Assembly: GCA_051362555.1 (NCBI GenBank)
Contig: CM120644.1
Coordinates: 2,364,954 to 2,428,953, forward strand
Direction: 5' to 3'
Length of the DNA stretch: 64,000 bases
Source of the DNA: Lingula anatina
Taxonomy: Eukaryota > Animalia > Brachiopoda
The position numbers were made by a program, and so were the translations under genes. Positions 39,160 through 50,656 of this stretch are shown in pieces (position 1 is the first letter of the stretch; the number at the start of each line of letters is the position of its first letter). A model generated the notes under the pieces. The model saw only the letters and a program-made list of their open reading frames with translations. It did not search any database and had not been told where the DNA came from.

Positions 39160-40320
39160 AAATGGGTGCCACAGTCGTAGAGATTGATTTTCAAGAAAGC
39201 CACACGGAGGATGTAAGGCAACTGTAATGAGACTGTTGGGGTTTTTAACGCGCTAACATTTCAACCGGCAAACCGATATTTTCCCACATAACCTCAATGT
39301 CATAGGGGAAAAAATGTCCCTGCACGCAATATATAGTAACCTCGCCACAGCCTGTAACCTTGAAAATACTATTAACCTTTTCTTGAAGCGTTATCGAGGG
39401 CGTTTGAGAAAACGTTCCCGTAAGTCAAAATTAAAGGTATCGCGCTATCTTGCGCCATTGCTTCTTGTCAGTTTAAGCGTTTTGTACGTGCACTTTAAGG
39501 CAGGTCATTTAAATAACAAATGCAGCATTTTCGATTACCAGCAATTGGGAATAACGACAATGAGAATACAATACCAAGTAACTGTAAACTGTTTGAGAAA
39601 ACAGTTAACTGTTAACTGTAACATATCGCCACTGTGAAACAGGTTCAAACCCAAAAACATACGATCCTAAAATTCGTGCGCCCAGTTGTAACCATGGCTA
39701 AAATGGGTGCTACAGTCGCAGAAATCCGCGGCAACAACGGCTCCATTTTCGAAGAAGCCACACGGAGGATGTAAGGCAACTGTAATGAGACTGTTGGGGT
39801 ATTTCAACGCGCTAACATTTCAACCGGAAAACCGATATTTTCCCACATAACCTCAATGTCATATGGGGAGAAATGTCCCTGCACGCAATATATAGTAAGC
39901 TCGCCACAGCCTGTAACCTTGAAAATACTATTTACGATTTCACCGTACGTTATTCGTGATAAAAGTTATCTTGGCTCTTGCGCGTGCTCAGGGAAGACGG
40001 AACTGGTAAAACTACCCCCTCATGTCTACCTGTCCTTGTAGTGTTATCGCGGGAGTTTGAGAAAACGTTCCTGTAAGTCAAAACTAAAGGTATCGCGCTA
40101 GCTTGCGCCATTGCATCTTGTCAATTTAAGCGTTTTGTTCATGTACTTTAAGGCAGATCATTTAAATAACAAATCTACAAACACAGTAAGAGCACAAATA
40201 CAAAATGACAGCATTTTCGGTTACCAGCAATTGAGAATGACGACAATATGAGTACAATACCAAGTACCTGCAAACTGTAACATATCGCCACGGTGAAACA
40301 GGTTCAAACCCAGAACGAAG
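39160..40320. repeat. ~540-bp tandem duplication including a decayed partial copy of exon 1 of the orphan gene
   Basis: 39160-39660 resembles 39701-40318; both contain gccacacggaggatgtaaggcaactg and aacatatcgccac.gtgaaacaggttcaaaccca. Confidence 0.85.
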
Positions 40321-40459
40321 ACAACAAACAGCTTGACGAAGTTGTTCATTTTCGTAAACTTGTTTCTTCTCCTTATTGTCGACTGATGTTCTCCGTGAGT
40401 GGAATTTGGCGTCTCAAACTTGAACGTTTGCAATAACTTTAAAACTGCGTTGCCGTCGG

Positions 40460-40467
40460 TTTATATA
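40460..40467 (-). promoter_or_regulatory. TATA box of the orphan gene, copy 1
   Basis: TATATAAA on the minus strand ~110 nt upstream of the ATG at 40349. Confidence 0.5.
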
Positions 40468-40599
40468 GAATTCTGTGCTCTTCCCGTGGGCGTTTTGATA
40501 GATGACAGGTTTGAAAATCCTTTCGGTTGACACGCCCCATCTGGGTGGATCTAGACAATTGTCTCTAACATTTGATACGCTACCACGTTGCACCCGTCA

Positions 40600-40860
40600 C
40601 TAAGGGCTAATTCCTACTGAGACTATCGTTCTACGCACATCGATCCAGCTTTGCGGGGACTCAAGGTGAATGCAATCAGGTCAACAAATGAACACGCCCA
40701 CTCTTGAAATCAACGTGGTCGTAGAATCCCCAGCTTTTCTGTTCTGCTCAGGTCCGGGAGGAGGCGTGATAAGCTGTTGATCTGCTTTCATTCAGCGAGA
40801 CCCCCTGCGGAGTTGGATCGATCCACGTAGACCGACAGTTTCATTGGATATGCCCCTACA
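40600..40860. mobile_element. Hairpin cassette related to 45511-45779 (paralog ~63544-63795)
   Basis: Arms TCCTACTGAGACT / AGTTTCATTGGA; shares cccagcttttctgtt and gcggagttggatcgatc with the reverse complement of the 45.5-kb copy. Confidence 0.65.
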
Positions 40861-41149
40861 TTGTGTAAAGGTAAATTAAAAATCTGGAAACTTGTCAACG
40901 GAGGTAGTCTTTGACGTTTCAGAGAAAATTACCTAAAATTTCAGGCTATAAACAATTTAGTTTTATTATTTGACCTTTAAGATTTGCAGGCCTGAAATTA
41001 AAGTTGAAATATGATCGTGTTTTTGTCATCCCCGGCAGAATGACGCACAACTCAGCAAGAAGAGGAAGGGAGCCGATTTTACACGGCTTGAATTGAAAAA
41101 ATGACATGCTCCATTAATGAAACCCAATTAAAGGAGCCTACCAAACTGG

Positions 41150-42620
41150 TTTCAGTGGAAATTACTTATATGCGGTTTTAGATCAATAAGGATGTTTTGC
41201 CAAAAGAAGCAATACCTTCCATTATTTCTTTGAAATAAATTCATTCCCAAAATTTAGAGAAGTTCAAAAGTGAGACACACTGAACCCTTTATTTTTGAAT
41301 ATATTAATTGATGGCATACTTAGACTTACAGATAAATCAAAAAGCAAAGCCCCACCAAACCTCTTACTGGTCTTTTTTATGCAGACGATCTAGTTTTGTT
41401 TTTGGCAAGTGCCTCAGGCCTTCAGAATACCAGAAGTTTAAAATGCTTAGAAAAACACTGTCATAGATAGAGGTTAACTATTCATTAAAAAAAGACGAAA
41501 GTTGTTATTTTTAATGTTAAGGAAGAAATACATGGTCACACTGTTGGAAATAGAGAGTTTTTTTTTTACTTTCATAACCAGTTGGTGCCAGTAGTAACAA
41601 GCTAGCTACATGTGTAACTACATGTAGGTCTCCTTTACACATGGTCTGGCACACTAGCCCCTGCACAACAAAATGTATATATAAAGCCTTCTTCAGTCAA
41701 GCTAGTAACAATCCCATCTCCTTAAAAGAAAAAAGACTTTATGAAACAATGATTTTCCAAGTTGCAGCATATGGAGCTGTAACATTGGGTTACACTCCAT
41801 TTTATGATAAGTCCCCAACAGAAAAAATACATCTCCAAATTCGCTAGCACCTTTTAGGGGTGCATTCTAAATCTAGTGATTATGCTGTTCGGGGGGAACT
41901 TGGGCGCCAAATTCAGATACTAGTAATTAAATACTGGGTCAATATTTTATAATAAGATGACTGTGTTCCACTTAAACGGGCATACCTAGATGAATTAAAA
42001 CACTTTAACTTCTTTCAAGCACTAGCCTTCATAACACAAGCCATGCTATGCCACGGAGAGAAGGAGGGACGAAAATTCTTGTAGAAAATGGTTTTGGGCA
42101 TGTATGGTTCAAAGAGAAAACGGACAAAAAGTTCATGAAGAATTTTAGTGTTATACTTAGAGACAGCAATATACAACTTTGGCTAGCAAAGTATCACAAG
42201 AAAATCTCAAGCTGAGAACGATTAAACGTATAAAACTATTAAACTTTATTTTGGGAAAGAAAAATACCTTGATATAATTCAAGATAAAGCATTACGCCAA
42301 GCCCTAACCAAATTTAGAATCAGCAACCACAATTTGCACATTGAAACAGATCACCATGTCAATGGTTAACCAACACCAGATGAAAAAAGAAAATGTCTCA
42401 TTTTCCACACTAGAGTTATAGGATTCAGAGCACTTTTTAAATACCTGCTCTCTGTATACTGAATACAGAAAAGAACTCTTTCAAATAGTGCAAAGCGGCC
42501 ACACATGCTTTACACATTTTAACAACAAAGATAAATTCTCCATCATAATGAACAACCCAAACGAGACTGTAATAATATCTTTAGCCAAATTTCTTAATTT
42601 AACCTCGCTTTTGTGAAAAG
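41150..42620 (+). mobile_element. Decayed non-LTR retrotransposon (RT and C-terminal region, RTEX-like)
   Basis: Broken frames spell LFYADDLVL (~41375), KKTKVVIFN, VRGELGR, IKYW, EKYLDII, RQALTKFRISNHNLHIET; many stops and frameshifts. Confidence 0.8.
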
Positions 42621-43144
42621 AAACTGCGCTGCATCTTCCACTTAGTGATGTGAATAATTACTGCAAATGTTTAGGTTCATTTCACATAGTAGAAAACAGG
42701 CTCGTGAATAATTAATTTCAATATCTTAGTCATGTACTTGTAGTGTGATGCTAGCGTATGATCAGTGCTGTGAGCAGTTGACTCGGCATTAAGACCGCAC
42801 CTAGCTTATCATCATGAAATACTGGATATGTATGTGTAATAACGATGCATTGCTATATATGTAATTTTCTATTTTTCTTTATTTCATTTTATTTATTTAT
42901 TTATTTATTTATTTATTACTATTACTTTTTATCTTTGCACATTTTCACCAGTTCAGCCTGGTGTAGAAGGTATGAATAAAGCATATTTAATGATAAATAA
43001 AACGCGAGTATTAGCAATTTTGTTTCATTGACATGTAAGGATGAGTGACAACGGCGGCAGTTTTGTGGGAAGGGCTGAGATGGGGTATTAATCCTTTCAA
43101 CTTGCACGTTAATGATTGGATTGAAAAATAAGTGATACTGGAAG

Positions 43145-44437
43145 CTATCTTCCCATTAGTAGGGGGGCGGCGTCTCCTTGAAGTCAAAGTATCTGAGGCT
43201 GAGGTTTGCGATCTAGGGAGTATTACCCACTTTGGCCAAACTTGTCATTTTAAAACTAACGAACTATAACATAAACGTTGAACTTCAGGGTGTCTTAACA
43301 TCAAAAGGTTTGGGACACATGAGGGCCATTTTGGTTAAGTTGAGGCTCGGACACATTAGTATTTTGTATCGAGGTTGAGGAGTTCAAAGGTGTTGTGAAC
43401 TCAACATTGGGCAAAAAGGTTGTCCCACCCCCATTTCCATGTACTTTTATTTACAAATGATCACCTCACAGCTGTAAATTGTTAGATATAGTGCTTTTTA
43501 TTACAAATTCCGTGTATAACATGATTAATGGTTAAAAAAATACAAAATAGTGGTGAAAATATACACACATATACCCCTTAGTAAAATTTATAACAGGAAC
43601 CCCCTCAAATCCACCGTTTCACTTTGACTTCTACAGATGTAAAGAAACGTCTATTAAATTGAAAAGAAGCCATCAAATGTCACCAAATCCACACACACTT
43701 AGCATTAGGGTATGCTCGTTAAAGGTCACGTGCCTAACAGCGTGTGCGTCTGCCGCGCACTGCAATTATCTTCTGTAGACGGCACGACAAGCCTTCAACA
43801 CGGGTAACAATTCTGTTATGTGGGATATTGCATAAAAAATGATTTATGCAACCCATGTAAGGAGTTTACCGAAAGAAAACTGTGGTTCCAATGGGAAGGT
43901 ACTTCTTTATTGGCGGTTTTAAAGCAATAAGACCCGCTTTGTCAAAACAACCTGTATGTTCCATCATTTATGATAAATCAAACGAGGGTATAAGCTAGAC
44001 TTATTGTTTGATTGACATGCAAAGATTAATGACCAAGACGCCATCTTGAGTGGTTAGCTTTAGCATTTACTCTATCCACCTGTACATAATGCAGCTTGTA
44101 AAAACTGAATTGATTAAAACATAATTATATGAGTAGTCATCTTCCCATCAGTATTTTAATATTAACATTAAAATGTTAATTGGGAGCGCAAGGAAAGAGG
44201 AGGTGTCTCCTTGAAGTCAAAGTATCTGAGGCTGAGGTTGACGGTCTTATAGGGAGTACTACCCATGTTAGCTAAACTTGTCATTTTAAAACTAACGAAC
44301 TATAATATAAACGCTGAACTTCAAGGTGTCTTAATATCAAAAGGTTTGGGACACATGAGGGCCATTTTGGTTAAGTTGAGGCTCGGACACATAAGCATTT
44401 TGTATCCGAGGTTGAGGAGTTCAAAGGTGTTGTGGAC
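43145..44437. repeat. Pair of ~250-290-bp direct repeats (43145-43398 and 44137-44435) separated by ~740 bp
   Basis: gtctccttgaagtcaaagtatctgaggctgaggtt…ggagttcaaaggtgttgtg occurs twice at high identity. Confidence 0.85.
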
Positions 44438-44901
44438 TATTTTTAGAATACCGGGTTGTTTTGTAAAATTATTCTTTTTACTCCTTTGCACTTGATGTTT
44501 ATTTCTGTTTATTTTTATTTTTATATAACCATGCATTAGGTTCCACCCCCTCTTCTCAGTTAAAAGTCATGGTTCAAAAGTAAAAACTATCTGACATATA
44601 TTTTTATTGCATAATAAGCAAATAAATTCGATATACTCAAATAAAAGTACTTGCATGCATATAAAGGCAATGTCCGGATTCCAGAGTCATCATCGTGAGC
44701 TAAAACTAAAGAACCCCCCCCCCCCCCCCCAAAAAAAAAAAAACAACATAAAAATTAAAAAAGACAATCTATTCTAAATGTAGAAGGGCTTCATACCAGA
44801 TACAAAGTGCTATCTTAGCAACATTTTCGGTTTCAAAAACTGCCTTTAACATATTACTCATTTGCTGTCATAAACGCATAATATGAGTCTTCTACAGAAA
44901 G

Positions 44902-45997
44902 TAAGGGTGCTTTCCCAGAGATTTAGATCGATCTAAAGATTAAGTTTTAGATCGACCTAACTCCCTGGGGGCTCACGCTAAATTGCAGTCAGCCGAGCGG
45001 GCACCATATTTAATTACCCCCTTACAGCCTTTAGTAGGCGGGACAGACGCTTAAGCCGGCCAAGCTGACAGTAATCTAGTGAGACTCCCCACAGGGATAG
45101 ATCGATCTAAAAATCTATGGAAATGGGGTGTAAGGCTACAACAAAAGTAAGCAATGACAGTAGTTTTCCTTTCATAAAACCATTTGATAAATAAAACTTT
45201 TAACATGATGAGTAATCAACTGTCCCCCCCCCCCCCCCCCCCCCCCCGGTAATCTCCTTTCCACCCTTTCAGTTCATACCCTTCTGATGAAACCAACACC
45301 CCATTTCCAGAGATTAGATCATCTACTTTAGATCGACCTAACTCCCTGGGGGTTCAAGCTAAATAGCTGTCAGCCGGGCGGACACGAAATTTAATTACCC
45401 CCTTACAGCTTGTAGTAGGCGGGACGGACATTTAAGCCGGATTATCTGACAGTAATCTAGTGAGACTCCCCGCGGGGATAAATCGATCTTAAAGCTCTGG
45501 GAATACAGCCCAAGAGCGCATTCCCACAGACACCATTGGTCTACGGAGATCGATCCAACTCCGCGGTGAATCTCGCAAAAATCAATCAGTTTTACAGATT
45601 AACACGTCTCTTATAGGCGTTTAGTTGAAAACAGAAAAGCTGGTGACTGTACGCGTACGATGGAAATAAGAGGAAGCATGTGATTCAGTTAAACTGATGG
45701 CACTCAGCGAGAGTCCCTACAGATTAAGTTTGATCTACGTACATTGTAGACCGATGACATCTATGGGAACAAGCCCAAATATTGGTTGTAACAGAGTCTT
45801 TCCTCCATTAAATTTATAGATGTTGGGCGTTACCGTGACGTAAGTGGATTGCCTTCTGGGAAGAGTACTTATACAGGTTTCACGTTTACATTAACGGATA
45901 TCTAATTTTTCCTGACGAAAGGCGGTCAAAGGTGAATGATGAATCAAAGATAAATTTAGAAGACTGACTGAAATATATCTCTGGAACTGCCCTTAGC
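44902..45997. mobile_element. Cluster of hairpin cassettes (44902-45134, 45295-45513, 45511-45779, possibly a decayed one at 45779-45997)
   Basis: Each has subterminal inverted arms TTCC(C)A.AGA / TCT.TGG(G)AA; the first two share most of their interior, and the second and third abut at a shared CAAG. Confidence 0.75.
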
Positions 45998-46099
45998 CCT
46001 GTATTGTAAGGGGATCTGGTGCATTGGGACGGGTTGACTTCACAACATTTTATTATAAAAAAGTTTTAAATTGAACGGTCTTATTCTAACATCTTTCAG

Positions 46100-49084
46100 C
46101 TAGATTAGGGTGTACTCAAACAGAGGGATATATTTCCCCCTTGATTCGTCATACTTGGCGCACAATTTCACCTTCCCGGGACAGTCTCCTGTATAAACTG
46201 TTCCATCCCACGTGTCCCCGTCGCTAGCCAACGGTTGCCATTTCCGGTTCACCATGGCGGAGACCTGCAGCGCTCCTGGAACCTGAGGTTTGAGACTTAT
46301 CAGGCTTCCGACGTCAAGGACCCCCGTGAAAGGGTGATGGAGAACCCCTACATCCCAGCGCCATAACGCGATGGGCAAGGGGCATTGTTCCATAGACGAC
46401 ACAGAGCAGCGAACAAGCACGCGGTAAACACACTCAAATTGGTCTTCCACTGCCGACTGCGAAACTGAGATTTGGGATACATTCAAGTCTAATTCCGCAG
46501 CGAAAACAGAAAGCATGTAAAATCCGTTTTTTATCATTCTTAATCTGAATCCCACGTGATCTGGGTCTTTTTTGTAGATCATGGCGAACTGAGCGTTCTC
46601 CAGAGCGGACGACACCGATTTCCCAGCAGTTTCTTTTTGTAAGTATTCGAAAACAATAATCACTTTCTTTGTCATGTACAACGTATGGGTCAAAACGAGC
46701 TACAGGAGAAATGCCCAGGTCCTTGGCATGTGCAGTGGCGCCCAAAATGTGTACATTTGGATAATGACGTCTGCTAGAAGATCTGTCGACGTCAGTACAG
46801 TTAATCTGAAACACGCATGCGCACTCCATGGTGGTCGAAGGATCGTCTGCTACGAATATTTTCAAAAAGTATATGCCTGGTTGTGGGACTTTGGCAGTGA
46901 AAAGAACCTCGTTGTCGATTCTTCGACAAAGAACGCTTCCCGTCACCGATTCTCGACTAGCTGCAGACGGGGGGTGGTGTGGGTCAATTTTAGCGGCAAA
47001 GTCTGCCCGACTGGCATTCGGCACTCCTATTCTCACCTCAGCCCTGCCGGAGTGCGTCCATAGAATCGATATGTACCGGGTTGCGAAGCGCAGGCCTTTG
47101 TTAAAAAATGGTGCCTTTACCACCGGGAGTCTAATAAATTCCTCAATGGAAATGGCAGGCTCCATTAGCTGCCACTTTTTGTCGTCTGGAAAATGTTCAA
47201 AAATATGATCTTCGGGGTCTGTGAGAAAATAAAACTTCTCACACCGATACTGAAGCTCTTCGTTGATGACATTCCCCTGAGCTTGACCTGGTGATGTGAT
47301 CTGACCTTGACCTAGTTCGTCCTCAAAGTGTTTCCCCCTGGTGAATCGTGCACCCCATTGGCAGTTGATGAAGTGCCCAGACCCGTCCACGCAGACCGCT
47401 GTCCAGGAATTTCTGAAGCGCCTGGACATTTTACGACCAGCCTTGTAGCCAGAACCCTTCGAGTACCCACGGATGATCTCACAGTGAATTCCAGCGTAAC
47501 TAATATAAAAAATAAAAACAATAACAATGACTTTTGATTTACTTCCCGAAAAAAGGCAGCTTTAAGGAACAAAGACTAAATAAATGTCTAAAAATGTTTT
47601 TGAAATGACAAAAATAAATAATAAAAAGTTACATCAATTTAATTGAATCCCCGAAAATAAGCAGTCATAAGGAAGAAAGACTCGACGGATACATTCAGTT
47701 CACTGTTAGAATGAGGGCACAGGGTTTCCTTGAGAAAAGAAAAGAAGAAGAAAAGAAGTTCAAGAAAAATAAGAAGAAGAGGTGGATACCACCGAAGATA
47801 AGATTGAGGGGTACTTGCTATGCCAACTCCCCCCAACCCAGAATCCAGAATACAGTTTAGCCCACCCTCGACGTTGCAGGGGGTTCCCTCGAATAAAATC
47901 TTCACTGAAAGTGGTATAGAGTTTCATGAGACAAAAGAGGCAATGAGGTTTACCTGCATAGTCGTTTAAAAAGAACATGATAACTTTCAATCCTCAGTTT
48001 GATCCTTCTAAGCAGTTCCAGGGGAGTGTCTGGGTCAAGGTCATCGCTGAACTCCATCTTGTTCAGGTTCTTTACGGTAATCCAACGGAATATGGCTCTG
48101 AAAGCGTGTAACATTTTTAGATATTAAATTAAATTATTAAAATTATATTAAAAAATTAAAACAAACGTGCGCCTTGTTGGTTTAGACAGCGCAAAAACAG
48201 ATTAAAGAAATGTTAAAATCAATGATGTTGCATCTGCCCTAAGAATTTCACTAAGTAGTATATGAGATAAAATAGGCAAATGTTCTTCAAAAAATCAGTC
48301 ATTTTTCTAATATGCAATTGCAATCATGCTCAGTGTGTGTTTGTTTTGGGAAATAATAAATAAATAAGATTAAAATTAAAATTAATTAAAATCAAAATAA
48401 ATAAAATCAAATAAAACAGATATCAGAATGCAATCCTGGCCTAATGTTAAATAATAAGGATGACTCGCACCTTGCTTTTTCTAATTCGTTACAGCAGTCC
48501 TTGGTTAGGTTCCTTACAAGGTCTGTAAATGTAGTCAAATCGTCGGATTCCGCAACCTTTAATAACAATTGTAAAAAAGTCTTAGTCATATCCCGCTTGA
48601 AGAAGGAGTACAACCTGTCCTCACGAAATCAAGAAGCGTGATTAAGGTAAAATTGCACCAATGATAAAAATCCATTAGAAAATTTGAATATCGTCTCTCC
48701 ATAATTAAACTCACTGTATTTATTTATATCTATTTTAGACTTCATCAATTTTAGATACATGAGCATAAACACATTGTGAAAATAAACAAATACACAATAC
48801 GATGCGCCCACGACTTGATTTTCACCACTATCACAATTAAGTCCTCTGGTTCTATTGCAACAGCTGTATTCAGTTTGATAGCACTAGCACACTCACTTCT
48901 GGGATGTTCAAACTATTGAAGCGGACACTATCCGAGATGACACAAAGTCTCGCGATTGAACGTCAAATCAAGCGAATTCCGCTGTATTTAGAGTAGGTTT
49001 TGGAGCTTTATTCATCTTATTATGTTCATTTTATCCATGTAAAGTCTACTGAACATTTTATATGGATTTTAGAATATACGTTAA

Positions 49085-49124
<40 letters not shown>

Positions 49125-49636
49125 TAAGTCTCACCTTCTCAGCTATTAGTGACAGCATCTCTTTGCTGTGTTTCTCTACCAGTTTGACAAGCTCCTCTTG
49201 CTCTTGTTGTTCTAGAGATCGCATCAGCTCCTGCATTCTCTCGTCAAGACGACTTTGGTATTCGTCATCAATGTGCTTACTTTTCTCCAGCAAGCTGGTC
49301 GCGCTTGTATCTCCTTCAGAAGCTTCGTCATCCAGATTCAGGTCATCGTCATCGTCATCATCATCATCGGCCCCTGCGTCGTCTGCTTCGCTTTTGGGGG
49401 CGCCTTTCCAAACTAATTGAGTCCCTTTGATAATTCGGCTAGCACTCTTCATCCCTAACCTGTCGAAGAGAGCGACGAGTTCTTTGACAGAGGTTTCTTT
49501 TTCTGCCATAATCTCTTCTACCAGTTTCCGCATACGCTCTTCCTTTTGCAAGTGGAATTTCTTTCCTTTTGCAAGTGGAATTTCTTAAAGAGATAGTCTT
49601 CTTCTTCCTTTTGTTTTCTCTCCAGTTCGCGCTGGG
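46100..49636 (-). pseudogene. Hillarin-like transglutaminase-domain (KY/Cyk3-related) gene; no upstream exons found, two frameshifts
   Basis: GT-AG exons 49135-49636 (AQRELERKQKEEED… coiled coil), 48471-48556 (VAESDDLTTFTDLVRNLTKDCCNELEKAR), 47954-48097 (AIFRWITVKNLN…DTP…ESYHVLFKRLC), 46100-47499 (SYAGIHCEIIRGYSKG…FRNSWTAV…CQWGAR…FYFLTDPEDHIFEHFP…PLFEYTLI*). A 23-bp tandem duplication at 49540-49585 and a frame switch near 46640-46690 break the frame. Confidence 0.8.
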
Positions 49637-50108
49637 CTTCAAATAAAATAAATAAAAAAATAAAAACGATAACAATAAATAAATAAATAAATAAATAAAG
49701 CGAAATGATGTATTTCAATATGATAGAAATAGGCCCTATAGCCTAAATGGCGCCTGGCCCTTTATGAAGAAAAAAAAAATGCCAAGTATAAAATTATTTC
49801 AATTCGTGTGAAAATTTAAGTTCAATTTTTTTTTTTTGCCATGGTCTTCGAAGTCTTTTTTAAAAAAGAATAATAAAAATATAAATAAAATAAGCAGATT
49901 TATTTATTTCGATATGATAGAAATATAGCCCTTTATTAAAAAAAAAAGCCAAGTAAAACAATAACAATTTTTATGAAAATTTAAGTTCAACATTTTTTAA
50001 GCTCAAAGTAAAGTTATGTTTTCTCTTCCAATCTATATCTTACAAACACAATATGAACTTCCAAACAAATAAATCGTGTAAATTTCTTCAAGACTGAAGC
50101 AAGTGTCA

Positions 50109-50157
<49 letters not shown>

Positions 50158-50448
50158 ATGTGGTGATGATGCTCTCACATATATTTATTATTGACTTTTC
50201 ACCTTATAAGTTTTGAGGGTGGGGTATCTTGTCATCGTCTTGCGTCCACTAGGGGTGAGTAAGGACGTTCGGCTTTGCATGCGCGGACCCCGCCCCCCTA
50301 CAAATATCCCTGGATCCGCCCTCGGCTATTGCTAACACAAAGGTTTCATTCGTGAAATATTCATCTATTTACTTTTTTTTATTTATGCCTATCCATCCAT
50401 CCCTTCATATAGGCCTACTAATCTGTGTAACTTTTCCCACTGTAACTC

Positions 50449-50494
<46 letters not shown>

Positions 50495-50656
50495 ACCCAA
50501 AATAATACAGAGGAGCGGTCCTGACCCCCCATCCCTTCTGTTTCTAAAGATATATAACTAATACTCAAAGTAGAAAAGTAATCTATCTGGGAACGCTCCG
50601 TGTCGGATTCTCAAATAAGTGCTCGTGTGCAAATGATGAATGTTAGCAACATTGAT

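Larger units (their letters stand above)
31387..40349 (-). pseudogene. Damaged copy of the 3-exon secreted orphan gene
   Basis: Exon 1 (40268-40349) and exon 2 (32138-32260) intact; exon 3 (31387-~31646) has a 38-bp deletion removing its acceptor and a 15-bp in-frame deletion (RMLYH) relative to the copy at 56837-63293. Confidence 0.7.
27951..41062 (+). repeat. Segmental duplication, copy 1 (paralog ~53310-64000)
   Basis: Colinear identity throughout, e.g. paired ORFs 30183/55625, 32122/57616, 34416/58759, 38598/61498, 39856/62800, 40221/63165. Confidence 0.95.

Noticed and set aside
46674-47537. Plus-strand ORFs of 69-129 aa
   Set aside because: Antisense shadows of the hillarin-like exon.
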